Positions 1-7,593 of a DNA stretch of 28,005 nt are shown in pieces. The first letter of the stretch is position 1, and every line of letters begins with the position of its first letter. Below the pieces are notes generated by a model that saw only the letters and a list, made by a program, of their open reading frames with translations, did no database searches and was not told where the DNA came from. The stretch covers positions 1 to 28,005 of the IMG/VR virus record IMGVR_UViG_3300048802_000008, one strand, 5' to 3'. The translations under genes and the position numbers were made by a program. This DNA comes from a virus (lineage: Duplodnaviria; Caudoviricetes).

Positions 1-609
1 GTGGAAGAGGGCGGCGAACTGCGCTGTCACGGTGGAAGCCATTGCACATACTGCCCCTGCGCACTGGACCCCATCGGGATACCGTGCCCGAATGGCGACC
101 TCAATCCAATGCTCAAGAGTCCTGCCGAGATGCTGAACTGGATGCTGTCGACCGAGGTTCAATTGCGCCAGGTGAAGGACTCGCTGAAGCAGTTCGTCGA
201 CGGGACTCAGGAACCAGTCGTAACCACGGACGCCAACGGCAAGCACTATACCTATGGGCCCAAGGAAAAGGAGAAGGTCACCTATCCGCTGTTCGAGGGC
301 AATCTGGAAGAGGGATTCAACATGCCCATTCTCGATGCGCTTTTGGACTGGGTTCGCGCCAACCCAAAAGACTTGGTTCCGCGCAAGGGTTCAAAGCCAT
401 GGTTCAACAACCTCCAGATCGGCGCGACGAAGCTGAACAGCTACCTGAAGACAAACAAGCGCGAGATCCTGCACAACAAGATTCGGGACTTGGCAACCAT
501 CGAGACAGTTACGCCGCTGGGAATTACACGGGACGCATCGGTGGACGATGGTCAGGGGTCCGAATATCACACTTGGGACGCTTCAGGTGATGAAGAAATC
601 TCATTTTAG
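1..609 (+). CDS. C-terminal part of a probable PD-(D/E)XK (Cas4-like) phage nuclease; 5' end truncated by the window edge
   Basis: Open frame from base 1 to TAG at 609. The Cys cluster HCTYCPC...C resembles the C-terminal CxxC motif of phage PD-(D/E)XK recombination nucleases. Acidic tail. The catalytic core would lie outside the window. Confidence 0.45.
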   Translation: MEEGGELRCHGGSHCTYCPCALDPIGIPCPNGDLNPMLKSPAEMLNWMLSTEVQLRQVKDSLKQFVDGTQEPVVTTDANGKHYTYGPKEKEKVTYPLFEGNLEEGFNMPILDALLDWVRANPKDLVPRKGSKPWFNNLQIGATKLNSYLKTNKREILHNKIRDLATIETVTPLGITRDASVDDGQGSEYHTWDASGDEEISF

Positions 610-618
610 GAGTAAGAT

Positions 619-670
619 GGGTTTGTCAGGTGTTGAAGCACCGGCAAAGCCTTATCGCCTGGGAGGGCGA
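619..670 (+). promoter_or_regulatory. Structured leader: stem-loop plus a hairpin that sequesters the RBS of the HNH gene
   Basis: TTTGTC-AGGTGTTGAAGCACC-GGCAAA stem-loop, then TCGCC-TGGGAG-GGCGA (655-670), which encloses GGAGG just before ATG 674. Confidence 0.5.
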
Positions 671-673
671 ATC

Positions 674-1369
674 ATGACAAACCCATCTGCTGCTAGCTTA
701 CCTCAAAAACTCTGCGCGTGTGGATGCGGGGAAATTCCCCCGATAGCAACGGCAACCAATCGCAAGCGCGGCTATGTTGCAGGCCAACCAATCAATTTTC
801 TTAAGGGTCACAAATTGCCTCTCAAACACAACACGCAGTTTGATGATGCTCTTCCCTTCAAGATCGATGGGGTATATTGCCGCCTGATACCTCTCACCAA
901 AGGACTGTATGCCATTGTGGATAACTCCGATTATGAATGGCTGTCAGCTTTTACTTGGCACGCCACTTGGAATTGTCGTACCCGATCTTTTTATGCGCAT
1001 CGCAAAGCTCTTCGCAGTGAGCCTCATCATGGAAAAACAATCCCGATGCATCGGCAGATACTTGGGCTTGGCTATGGCGATGAGCGCGTTGGCGATCATA
1101 AAGAGACTCGCCAGACATTAGATAACCGCCGCAACAACCTTAGAATCGTTGATGATTGCGGAAATGCGAGAAACACACCGAAGCGTAGGAATAACACCAG
1201 CGGATTCAAAGGAGTGTCCCAACTTCCGAGCGGTCATTTTCAAGTAAAGATTGTGGTGCAGGGAAAACCTATTTACCTGGGGTCACGTGATACCAGAGAA
1301 GCAGCAGGGGCTTTATATGATGAGGCATCTCTGAAATATCACGGGGAGCACGGAAGAATCAACGAGTAA
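674..1369 (+). CDS. HNH homing endonuclease with C-terminal AP2 DNA-binding domain
   Basis: N-terminal CACGCG; IPLTKGLYAIVD; MHRQILG..GDH..TLDNRRNNLR (HNH_3 type); NTSGFKGV..IYLG..EAAGALYDEASLKYHGE (AP2). Visibly more AT-rich than its neighbours. Start placed at ATG 674 after GGAGG. Confidence 0.9.
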   Translation: MTNPSAASLPQKLCACGCGEIPPIATATNRKRGYVAGQPINFLKGHKLPLKHNTQFDDALPFKIDGVYCRLIPLTKGLYAIVDNSDYEWLSAFTWHATWNCRTRSFYAHRKALRSEPHHGKTIPMHRQILGLGYGDERVGDHKETRQTLDNRRNNLRIVDDCGNARNTPKRRNNTSGFKGVSQLPSGHFQVKIVVQGKPIYLGSRDTREAAGALYDEASLKYHGEHGRINE

Positions 1370-1404
1370 CCCGCCTCCCGCCAGAGGCAAACAGAAAGGG
1401 AATC

Positions 1405-3306
1405 ATGCAAATCGCCGCAATAGCGCTCAAGAACTTTGGAATCTGCGAGGAAACCGAACTCGCATTTGACCAGCCGCTCAACGTCCTGATAGGTGGCCAT
1501 GCGAACGGGAAAACAACAGTGGCCAATGGAATCCGCCTCTCACTCACACCCCGCGCCGGCAAGACAACTGACCGCAAAGGCGGCGGCGCGATGGATAACG
1601 TGTCCCTCGGAGCCAAGAAAGCCGAGATCACAGCTGGCGTGGTCACAGCCAAAGGACCACTCCAGATTGTCACCACGTATGGGCCGGGAGCAGCCCGCAG
1701 GAACCAAACCATCAAAGGTGGCGAGGGCAAAGACGGCGAGAAGAGTCCTGCCGCGGCCTTTGAGTCGTTCCTCGATCGCCAGAGTGAGGCGCTGTCTTGC
1801 GTCCTCGATTCGGACTACTTCTTCAGCCCGAAGACCGAGCAGAAAGACATTCTGGCCGCGCTGATCCTGCCAGCATCGCATGAGTTCGATGCGGAGAAGG
1901 TTGCGCTGGCCGAGAAGCACTTGGGCAAGTTTGTTTGGTCGAAGAGTCCTGTTGCCGTCATCGACCAGGTGTACAGCGCGGCCTATGCGGGCCGGAAGGA
2001 TGCTAAGGCAGCTCTGGGAGCCATCTACATCCCGTCGCAGCCGCAGCGTCCGGAGTACGCCGCCGAGATCGTGCAGGGCAAGATTACCGAGTGCCGCGCC
2101 AACGTTCAGAAGGAGGCCAAGAAGATCAAGGCCGGAGGTACGGTCCAGATCGGCCGCATCGAGCAGAGTCTGGAGCAGGAGAAGGAGAAGCTGGCCACGG
2201 CGCGCACCGACTATGCCGAGGCCCGCAAGCGTACCGGCGAGATCGACCAGGCTGTATTGGACGCGCCCAACCTCAAGAAAGCCGAGCGCACGGCCGCTGG
2301 CAGGACTCTCTGGAACCAGTTGCAGGGCCAGATGGACCAGATCGACCGCGAGATCACCGAGCAGCAGGAAGCCCAGGAGATTTACCGCGACTTGGGCAAG
2401 AACCTTCGCTGCCCAACCTGCACTCAGAAGATCACCAAAGAGTTCGTGGCCGGTGAGATCGCCAGACTCCAGACCACGATTGACGAAGCCGCAGCAACGA
2501 AGATCAACCTCCAGGCTGAGCAGAAGGGCTTGGGCGACTTGGCCAAGGCCGAGACCGTCATCGCCACCCACAAGGCGCTGACCGAGAAGAAGCTCCAGAA
2601 CGTGCGCGACGTGGCCGACGCTACCGGGCGCATCCAAATGTTCGAGAAGTCCGTGGAGACCCTCGACGGCTCTCTCGTCACCGCCAAAGCCCAAGAGACA
2701 GCGCCGGCCGACACAACAGCGCTAGACAACGCCAATACCGAGCTATCCGCATGGGAAGCGCGTTTGAGTCCTGCGCTGAACTATGACACCATCTTGGCGC
2801 AGATCAAACAGGCTGAGAAGCGGCAGCAGGACCAGAAGGAGAAGGTGGATGATCTGGAAACCCTCGTAGCCTACTTCGGAGACAAGGGCATCAAGGCTGA
2901 TCTGATCGCGGCTGGATCTGAGGCGTTCATTTCGACAGTCAACGGTGCGCTGGCTGCGTGGGGATATGAGGCCAAGCTCTCACCAGAGGCCGACAGCTTC
3001 AGTGTCCTGACGCCGACCGGATGGCTGCCGACCAAGCAGCTCTCAGGCTTCGAGGAGTTTATGTTCCAGGTTGCGCTTCAGTGCGCTATTGCAGTCCACT
3101 CCAAATTGAAGATCGTCGTCATCGACGAGGCTCAGACCTTGGTGGATGCCCACAGGACTCGACTGTTCAAGGCCATTCAGTCAATGCTCTCCTCGAAGAT
3201 GCTGGATGAGGCATTCGTCATCATGGCCGATAACCGGGAGACGGTTCCGCAACGCGAGGGGATCGCCTACTACAGAATGGTGGCGGGAAAGGCGGTGCGG
3301 CTATGA
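1405..3306 (+). CDS. SbcC/Rad50-like ABC ATPase (SMC family) with zinc hook
   Basis: LKNFG start, Walker A GHANGKTT, long coiled coils, central CPTC zinc hook, ABC signature LSGFE, Walker B IVVIDE. Confidence 0.88.
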   Translation: MQIAAIALKNFGICEETELAFDQPLNVLIGGHANGKTTVANGIRLSLTPRAGKTTDRKGGGAMDNVSLGAKKAEITAGVVTAKGPLQIVTTYGPGAARRNQTIKGGEGKDGEKSPAAAFESFLDRQSEALSCVLDSDYFFSPKTEQKDILAALILPASHEFDAEKVALAEKHLGKFVWSKSPVAVIDQVYSAAYAGRKDAKAALGAIYIPSQPQRPEYAAEIVQGKITECRANVQKEAKKIKAGGTVQIGRIEQSLEQEKEKLATARTDYAEARKRTGEIDQAVLDAPNLKKAERTAAGRTLWNQLQGQMDQIDREITEQQEAQEIYRDLGKNLRCPTCTQKITKEFVAGEIARLQTTIDEAAATKINLQAEQKGLGDLAKAETVIATHKALTEKKLQNVRDVADATGRIQMFEKSVETLDGSLVTAKAQETAPADTTALDNANTELSAWEARLSPALNYDTILAQIKQAEKRQQDQKEKVDDLETLVAYFGDKGIKADLIAAGSEAFISTVNGALAAWGYEAKLSPEADSFSVLTPTGWLPTKQLSGFEEFMFQVALQCAIAVHSKLKIVVIDEAQTLVDAHRTRLFKAIQSMLSSKMLDEAFVIMADNRETVPQREGIAYYRMVAGKAVRL

Positions 3307-3569
3307 GCAACAAAGAGCTAGAGCATGACCGCGCTTGGTATGAAGAGAACGATCCGCAATCGCTGGTCGATTCTCTGAGTGGCAACGTCGAGTGTCCACA
3401 CAACGCGCTCCGCAAGATGAATCAAGACCACCGAACCTTTACGGGTTACATCTGCGGAAACTGCTCCAAAGTGTTTGAAGTGAAGGAACACGAAGAGCCT
3501 AAACAGGTAATTGAGAACCTGATGCTCGGCAAGCGTTCCCCGTGGGGAACCAGATTGAGGCAAGCGTGA
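3303..3569 (+). CDS. Small zinc-ribbon protein
   Basis: CPH...YICGNC motif; ATGA overlap with the upstream stop. Confidence 0.7.
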   Translation: MSNKELEHDRAWYEENDPQSLVDSLSGNVECPHNALRKMNQDHRTFTGYICGNCSKVFEVKEHEEPKQVIENLMLGKRSPWGTRLRQA

Positions 3570-3808
3570 ATATACTCAAGCACATCTGGCCGTGGTCCGA
3601 ACTTGAAAGGCTGCGCTGTCAGTGCCACGAACATTACCAGTTCGGAGAGGCTTGCATCTTCCTTCTCAACCAAGTTGACCCGTTGGCCGTTCATGTGCGA
3701 CTAGCGGGACGCTTGTACTCCATCGGTAAGGAAAACTCTTGGGTGGTTGGCAGCACAACTCCGGTCAACGTCGGATGCGTACCACCAGGAACGGAGACAG
3801 AACTATGA
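3566..3808 (+). CDS. Hypothetical protein
   Basis: GTGA overlap at the start (GAGG upstream) and ATGA overlap at the end; fills the gap in a tightly packed operon. Confidence 0.55.
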   Translation: MNILKHIWPWSELERLRCQCHEHYQFGEACIFLLNQVDPLAVHVRLAGRLYSIGKENSWVVGSTTPVNVGCVPPGTETEL

Positions 3809-4206
3809 AAGCTCTAAGTGTGCGCGCACCGTGGTGGTTGGCAATCTTGGACGGTGGCAAGGATATAGAAAACCGTGACTGGTCAACCAACTTTCGCGGA
3901 ACGATATATCTCCATGCCGGGAAGTTCTGGAAGCAGGAAGAAATCGAGCAGGATGTTGACGACATTGAGTTCATCCTTGGAGACACCGACAATCATTTTC
4001 CAGACGAAAATAACTTGCGCGAAGGATGCGGCTGCATTGTTGGAACCGTGGACATTGTAGGCTGCGTCAATCAAAGCAAAAATCGCTGGTTCTTCGGAAA
4101 GTACGGCTTCCAGCTTGCGAATCCTGTAGCTTTCCCGCGTCCGATTCCCTTCAAAGGTGCGCTTGGATTCTTCAATGTTCCAGACGACGTTCTAACGAGG
4201 CTCTGA
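3805..4206 (+). CDS. ASCH domain protein
   Basis: MKALSVRAPWWLAILDGGKDIENRDW..RGTIYLHAG and the C-terminal PIPFKGALGFFNV are typical ASCH motifs; GGAG RBS. Confidence 0.9.
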   Translation: MKALSVRAPWWLAILDGGKDIENRDWSTNFRGTIYLHAGKFWKQEEIEQDVDDIEFILGDTDNHFPDENNLREGCGCIVGTVDIVGCVNQSKNRWFFGKYGFQLANPVAFPRPIPFKGALGFFNVPDDVLTRL

Positions 4207-4736
4207 TGCTGACCACCATTCAATCCGACGGCTTGACAATGGGTGATCGACTCCAGCGGACGGGAAGTTTCCTGCCGCGAGGAGTGGCCTATGCCATCAA
4301 TAAGGGACGTGGATTGGAGATGGTGACTTACGCGCAACTCAAACAAGCACGCATCGAAAAGCAATCTGAGCATCTGCGGCGCATTACTGCCGTGGACTGG
4401 CCGGTGCGCAGAGCAGGCTACCTCTGGACCTTCTACCAGCCGGGATTGTTTGGATTCGCCTACGCGGGCTGGTGGGCCTATCTTCGGACTGTTGAACAGG
4501 AAGACGTGCAATTACGATGGGACAGACTGCACGATGATGAGGTTCTAGCTTTGCATTGCATGGAGCTTTTCCCTTGTGGTTTGTTTCCTATCCGAGACAA
4601 CTTCGATCTCTGGAAAGAAGAGTTCGGACGCATTTATTGCAGGCCAGGAAGATTCAAGAAGCAAGGTCTGGCTCCCGTTTGGGTAACTGTCAACTATCGC
4701 GGATTTCCGCAGTTACAAGTCGAGAAAGCGAGCTAA
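4206..4736 (+). CDS. Hypothetical aromatic-rich protein (start uncertain)
   Basis: TGATG coupling at 4204-4208; the ORF fills the gap up to the next gene. Confidence 0.6.
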   Translation: MLTTIQSDGLTMGDRLQRTGSFLPRGVAYAINKGRGLEMVTYAQLKQARIEKQSEHLRRITAVDWPVRRAGYLWTFYQPGLFGFAYAGWWAYLRTVEQEDVQLRWDRLHDDEVLALHCMELFPCGLFPIRDNFDLWKEEFGRIYCRPGRFKKQGLAPVWVTVNYRGFPQLQVEKAS

Positions 4737-4740
4737 AGAG

Positions 4741-5271
4741 ATGCTGACCACCAAAAACTTCGAGACGCGAGCCAATGCTCTGTTCGAGTCCTGCCGTGAT
4801 CGCTGGCGGAAGAAGCTCAACAAGGGCTTGCCTAAGAGCGTGCAGATCAACATTGCGCCAGAGGATGTTCTGCCGTTCAGCCGGCGTGAGTTTCAGGCAT
4901 GGCTCTGGAAGGCCGTAGGACTCCAAGCGGTATCCTGCTGCTACTGCCGCGCGCCAATCGACATTATGAACCTTTCCTTGGACCACAAGACACCGCTCCG
5001 GCGCGGCGGTGGTCCTGAGTTAGAGAACCTCCAGCCGATCTGCAAGGGCTGCAACGGGACCAAAGGCGAGTTCACCCACGAGGAGTATTCGCTGATCGTC
5101 CTGTTCATGGAGGGGCCTGGGGCATCCTTCCGGCAACGCCTTGAGGGGATCATGCGCAATGGTGGCATGGCAATCATGATGAGGTTCTTCCCCGGCCGCG
5201 ATAAGGCAAAGAAGAAGCGCCCAAGTAAGGTGCAGGACTCACTGGAATTTACGGACCTGCCTGACTTCTAA
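4741..5271 (+). CDS. HNH endonuclease family protein
   Basis: CCYC..LSLDHKTPLRRGG..ENLQPICKGCNGTKG, a canonical HNH motif with zinc ligands. Confidence 0.88.
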   Translation: MLTTKNFETRANALFESCRDRWRKKLNKGLPKSVQINIAPEDVLPFSRREFQAWLWKAVGLQAVSCCYCRAPIDIMNLSLDHKTPLRRGGGPELENLQPICKGCNGTKGEFTHEEYSLIVLFMEGPGASFRQRLEGIMRNGGMAIMMRFFPGRDKAKKKRPSKVQDSLEFTDLPDF

Positions 5272-5301
5272 CCATCAACCTTTTTTACCGGAGAGAAGAC
5301 C

Positions 5302-5715
5302 ATGAAGAACCCACCGATGGATGCTCAATCGTTTGCGAAATGGCTCAACGATAAAGGCTCTAGCCAAGAGTTTTTGAAATGGCAGAGCGGAAAGACTCTG
5401 CGCGAACTCTGGGACACGTGCGAATGCGGAGACTGGCTGGAATGGCTGCTCAGCGTGTGCAATTATCAATGGCCGGCTCCAGCGCGGGCCGAGTACCAGC
5501 GCGTGATGGCTCCAGCGTTGGCCGAGTACGAGCGCGTGATGGCTCCAGCGCGGGCCGAGTACCAGCGCGTGATGGCTCCAGCGTTGGCCGAGTACGAGCG
5601 CGTGATGGCTCCAGCGCGGGCCGAGTTCCAGCGCGTGACGGCTCCAGCGTGGGCCGAGTTCCAGCGCGTGAAGGCTGACACTATCAGGACGATCGTTCCC
5701 TACCCCTTCAAATAG
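5302..5715 (+). CDS. Hypothetical protein with six 11-aa helical repeats (APARAEYQRVM)
   Basis: GGAG RBS; N-terminal WDTCECGDWLEWLL segment followed by tandem repeats. Confidence 0.8.
   Translation: MKNPPMDAQSFAKWLNDKGSSQEFLKWQSGKTLRELWDTCECGDWLEWLLSVCNYQWPAPARAEYQRVMAPALAEYERVMAPARAEYQRVMAPALAEYERVMAPARAEFQRVTAPAWAEFQRVKADTIRTIVPYPFK
5476..5673 (+). repeat. Six tandem 33-bp repeats (coding VNTR)
   Basis: Unit GCTCCAGCG(C/T)(G/T)GGCCGAGT(A/T)C(C/G)AGCGCGTGANG at 5476, 5509, 5542, 5575, 5608 and 5641. The first four units form a 66-bp higher-order duplication. Confidence 0.95.
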
Positions 5716-5748
5716 CGCACCATCAACCTTTTTCCTCTGGAGGAAACC

Positions 5749-6111
5749 ATGGCAATGAATGTTCAGGGGCATCAAATGCCCGTACCCCACGGCGTCAACG
5801 AAGACAATCCAATCTTTCAACGCAATCCACCGCAGACACCGGCACCCGAAGTTCCTCTCGGCTTGCATGACGCTGTGACGCTTCGCAGCGAGTCTGAGCC
5901 GGTTGCAGCGAGTCCTGCGCCGGTCGTCGAGCAGCCCACACCCGTCGAGCAGCCAGTCGCGGACAGCGTCGATCTTGTTCCCGACACACCCAGCGCGCCG
6001 GAGATCCCCGCAGGCGAAGCAACGGAGCCGCCTGTAACCGAAGGTCTGCCCACAGCCGAGGATCTGGACGTACTCACCGAGGACGGCGAAAAGGCCGAGC
6101 TGGTCGAGTAA
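5749..6111 (+). CDS. Pro/Glu-rich acidic low-complexity protein
   Basis: Strong GGAGG RBS; P/E/A/V-rich, probably disordered. Confidence 0.75.
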   Translation: MAMNVQGHQMPVPHGVNEDNPIFQRNPPQTPAPEVPLGLHDAVTLRSESEPVAASPAPVVEQPTPVEQPVADSVDLVPDTPSAPEIPAGEATEPPVTEGLPTAEDLDVLTEDGEKAELVE

Positions 6112-6130
6112 TGCTACTCTTCGCTTGAGC

Positions 6131-6340
6131 AGGGCGGCAGGACTCTGATTGGCGGTCGGAGTTCAGCCAGCGGCACCTTGCCAAGCGGTTGCAGCGCCTG
6201 AGTCTTTTCCCTAAGAGAGGCTTGGGCGCTCCCGCCAAAGAGGAATCTTTTCAGTAACCGCCAAGTGCTGAAAATAGTTTGAAAATAACTCTTGACAGCA
6301 ATTCAACCGTTTCGCTCTGACCGCCATTGGAGTCAACAAA
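6131..6340 (+). ncRNA. Putative C4/CI-like antisense RNA and target leader
   Basis: Hairpin GGACTCTGA-[TTGGCGG]-TCGGAGTTC (6140-6164); long stem at 6193-6230; complementary CCGCCAA at 6232-6238 and in the loop of hairpin 6248-6274; CCGCCAT next to the RBS (6321-6327). Confidence 0.6.
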
Positions 6341-6847
6341 GTGACAGAAACCGAGCAAATTGAAGAAATCTACAACCAGTATCCGCGCAAAGTTGGACGC
6401 CGGGCAGCTCTCAAGGCAATCGAGAACGCGGTGAAGCGGATGGTCAAAGAAGTTATCCTCGACCTTGGCACGCCGAAGGAAAGAGCGTGTGATTCGCTCA
6501 CCGCGCGCCGGATGATTTGCAAATTGACGATGCTGTACGCGAAGAGTCCAGCCGGCCAGAAGCCATCAGATCCCGCGCAGGACTATCGACCGCACCCAGC
6601 GACGTGGTTCAACCAAGACCGATTCTTTGATGATCCTGCCGAGTGGCAGAAACCTAATGGAGGAACCAGCAATGGCCGACAACAGATTGGCACGAAGACC
6701 AGCCGCACAATTGACGCACTCAGGGCAGCTATCGCAAAAGGATCAGATCATGATCGCTCTGGGGATACTGGCAATCAAGAGGAACGGGGAGTACGACCAG
6801 GAGACGCTGGAGACGTTTGCGGCAGGACTATCGAAGGAACCCTTTGA
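6341..6847 (+). CDS. Phage replication initiator / replisome-organiser C-terminal-domain-like protein
   Basis: YNQYPRKVGRRAALKA and YRPHPATWFNQDRFFDD match the conserved C-terminal module of phage replication proteins; GTG start with GGAG RBS. Confidence 0.7.
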   Translation: MTETEQIEEIYNQYPRKVGRRAALKAIENAVKRMVKEVILDLGTPKERACDSLTARRMICKLTMLYAKSPAGQKPSDPAQDYRPHPATWFNQDRFFDDPAEWQKPNGGTSNGRQQIGTKTSRTIDALRAAIAKGSDHDRSGDTGNQEERGVRPGDAGDVCGRTIEGTL

Positions 6848-7196
6848 GAATGTCCTGTCCACCATCCAGAAGATTGCTGAGAGTCCGCGGCGTGACCGGG
6901 AGACGGCGTGTCCTGACTTTGGGACGTTGCTGCTGGCCATCCGGTCCATCCGGCACCCGCTGAGGCACCTGAGAGACGTTGTGACCCGGCTGGCACGTAT
7001 CTATGGCGTCACAGTGGATGAGGAGATGCTGGTCGAGTACCAGGCCGAGGCAGGACACAGAACGGACGAGGACCTGGACAAGGCTCTTGGAGTCCTGCGG
7101 GGCGATGAGACGCTGAAGAGGATGCCAACGCCGGCCCAGTTCAGAGCCGCCTGCGGGACTCCGAAGATTTACCGGGATGGGAGCAGACCAGAATGA
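6672..7196 (+). CDS. Putative helicase loader-like protein with two tandem helical domains
   Basis: GGAGG RBS before ATG 6672. Two similar halves end in CPDFGTLL and MPTPAQF, resembling the PtiaeI-type ending of phage loader proteins. Lies between the initiator-like gene and dnaB. Confidence 0.55.
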   Translation: MADNRLARRPAAQLTHSGQLSQKDQIMIALGILAIKRNGEYDQETLETFAAGLSKEPFENVLSTIQKIAESPRRDRETACPDFGTLLLAIRSIRHPLRHLRDVVTRLARIYGVTVDEEMLVEYQAEAGHRTDEDLDKALGVLRGDETLKRMPTPAQFRAACGTPKIYRDGSRPE

Positions 7197-7399
7197 AGCA
7201 TTTATCAGCAGCAGACGTGGAAGACGCTCTCGAACGGCGGCGCATCTACCTCAGCGACCCGGCAGCGTTTCCAGTTATCGCGGAACTACTCAATAAGCGT
7301 ATCGACAAAGACGAGCCTGTTCCCGGTCGGCGCGGATCATCGGTGGACGATTGCATTGTGACTTGGGCACCGGGCTGGGCTGAAAGGATTTGTTCATGA
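7193..7399 (+). CDS. Hypothetical protein
   Basis: ATGA overlaps at both ends; GGAG upstream. Confidence 0.6.
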   Translation: MKHLSAADVEDALERRRIYLSDPAAFPVIAELLNKRIDKDEPVPGRRGSSVDDCIVTWAPGWAERICS

Positions 7400-7593
7400 T
7401 CCAGATCCCGCTCGAAGAAAGCTTTCTGTGTGCCGACTGCAACACGATCTGCAACTCGGCAATCCAATGCCCTTGTGGATCGCAGCACGGCCTATTGAGT
7501 CTGGCCACGGTCCTCAACAGGACACAGCGAATCCCCGAGATCAAACGGGAAGTCCAAGAACTTTTGAACGCCATGGATGAGGTTTGCGCGTGA
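7396..7593 (+). CDS. Small zinc-finger protein
   Basis: CADC...CPCGS motif; ATGA/GTGA coupling with both neighbours. Confidence 0.7.
   Translation: MIQIPLEESFLCADCNTICNSAIQCPCGSQHGLLSLATVLNRTQRIPEIKREVQELLNAMDEVCA

Larger units (their letters stand above)
5271..5733 (+). repeat. 15-bp direct repeat ACCATCAACCTTTTT flanking the repeat-protein gene
   Basis: Exact copies at 5271-5285 and 5719-5733, each followed by GGAG..ACCATG. The 10-bp core ACCATCAACC recurs at 13228-13237. Confidence 0.85.

Noticed and set aside
1540-2694. 384-aa ORF on the - strand
   Set aside because: Antisense shadow of the SbcC-like gene caused by GC-rich codon bias; no recognisable motifs.
5476-5673. CRISPR array
   Set aside because: The 33-bp units are contiguous with no spacers, are in frame within an ORF, and no cas genes are nearby.
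6292-6320. Sigma70 promoter at TTGACA (6292-6297)
   Set aside because: No acceptable -10 hexamer 16-18 bp downstream.
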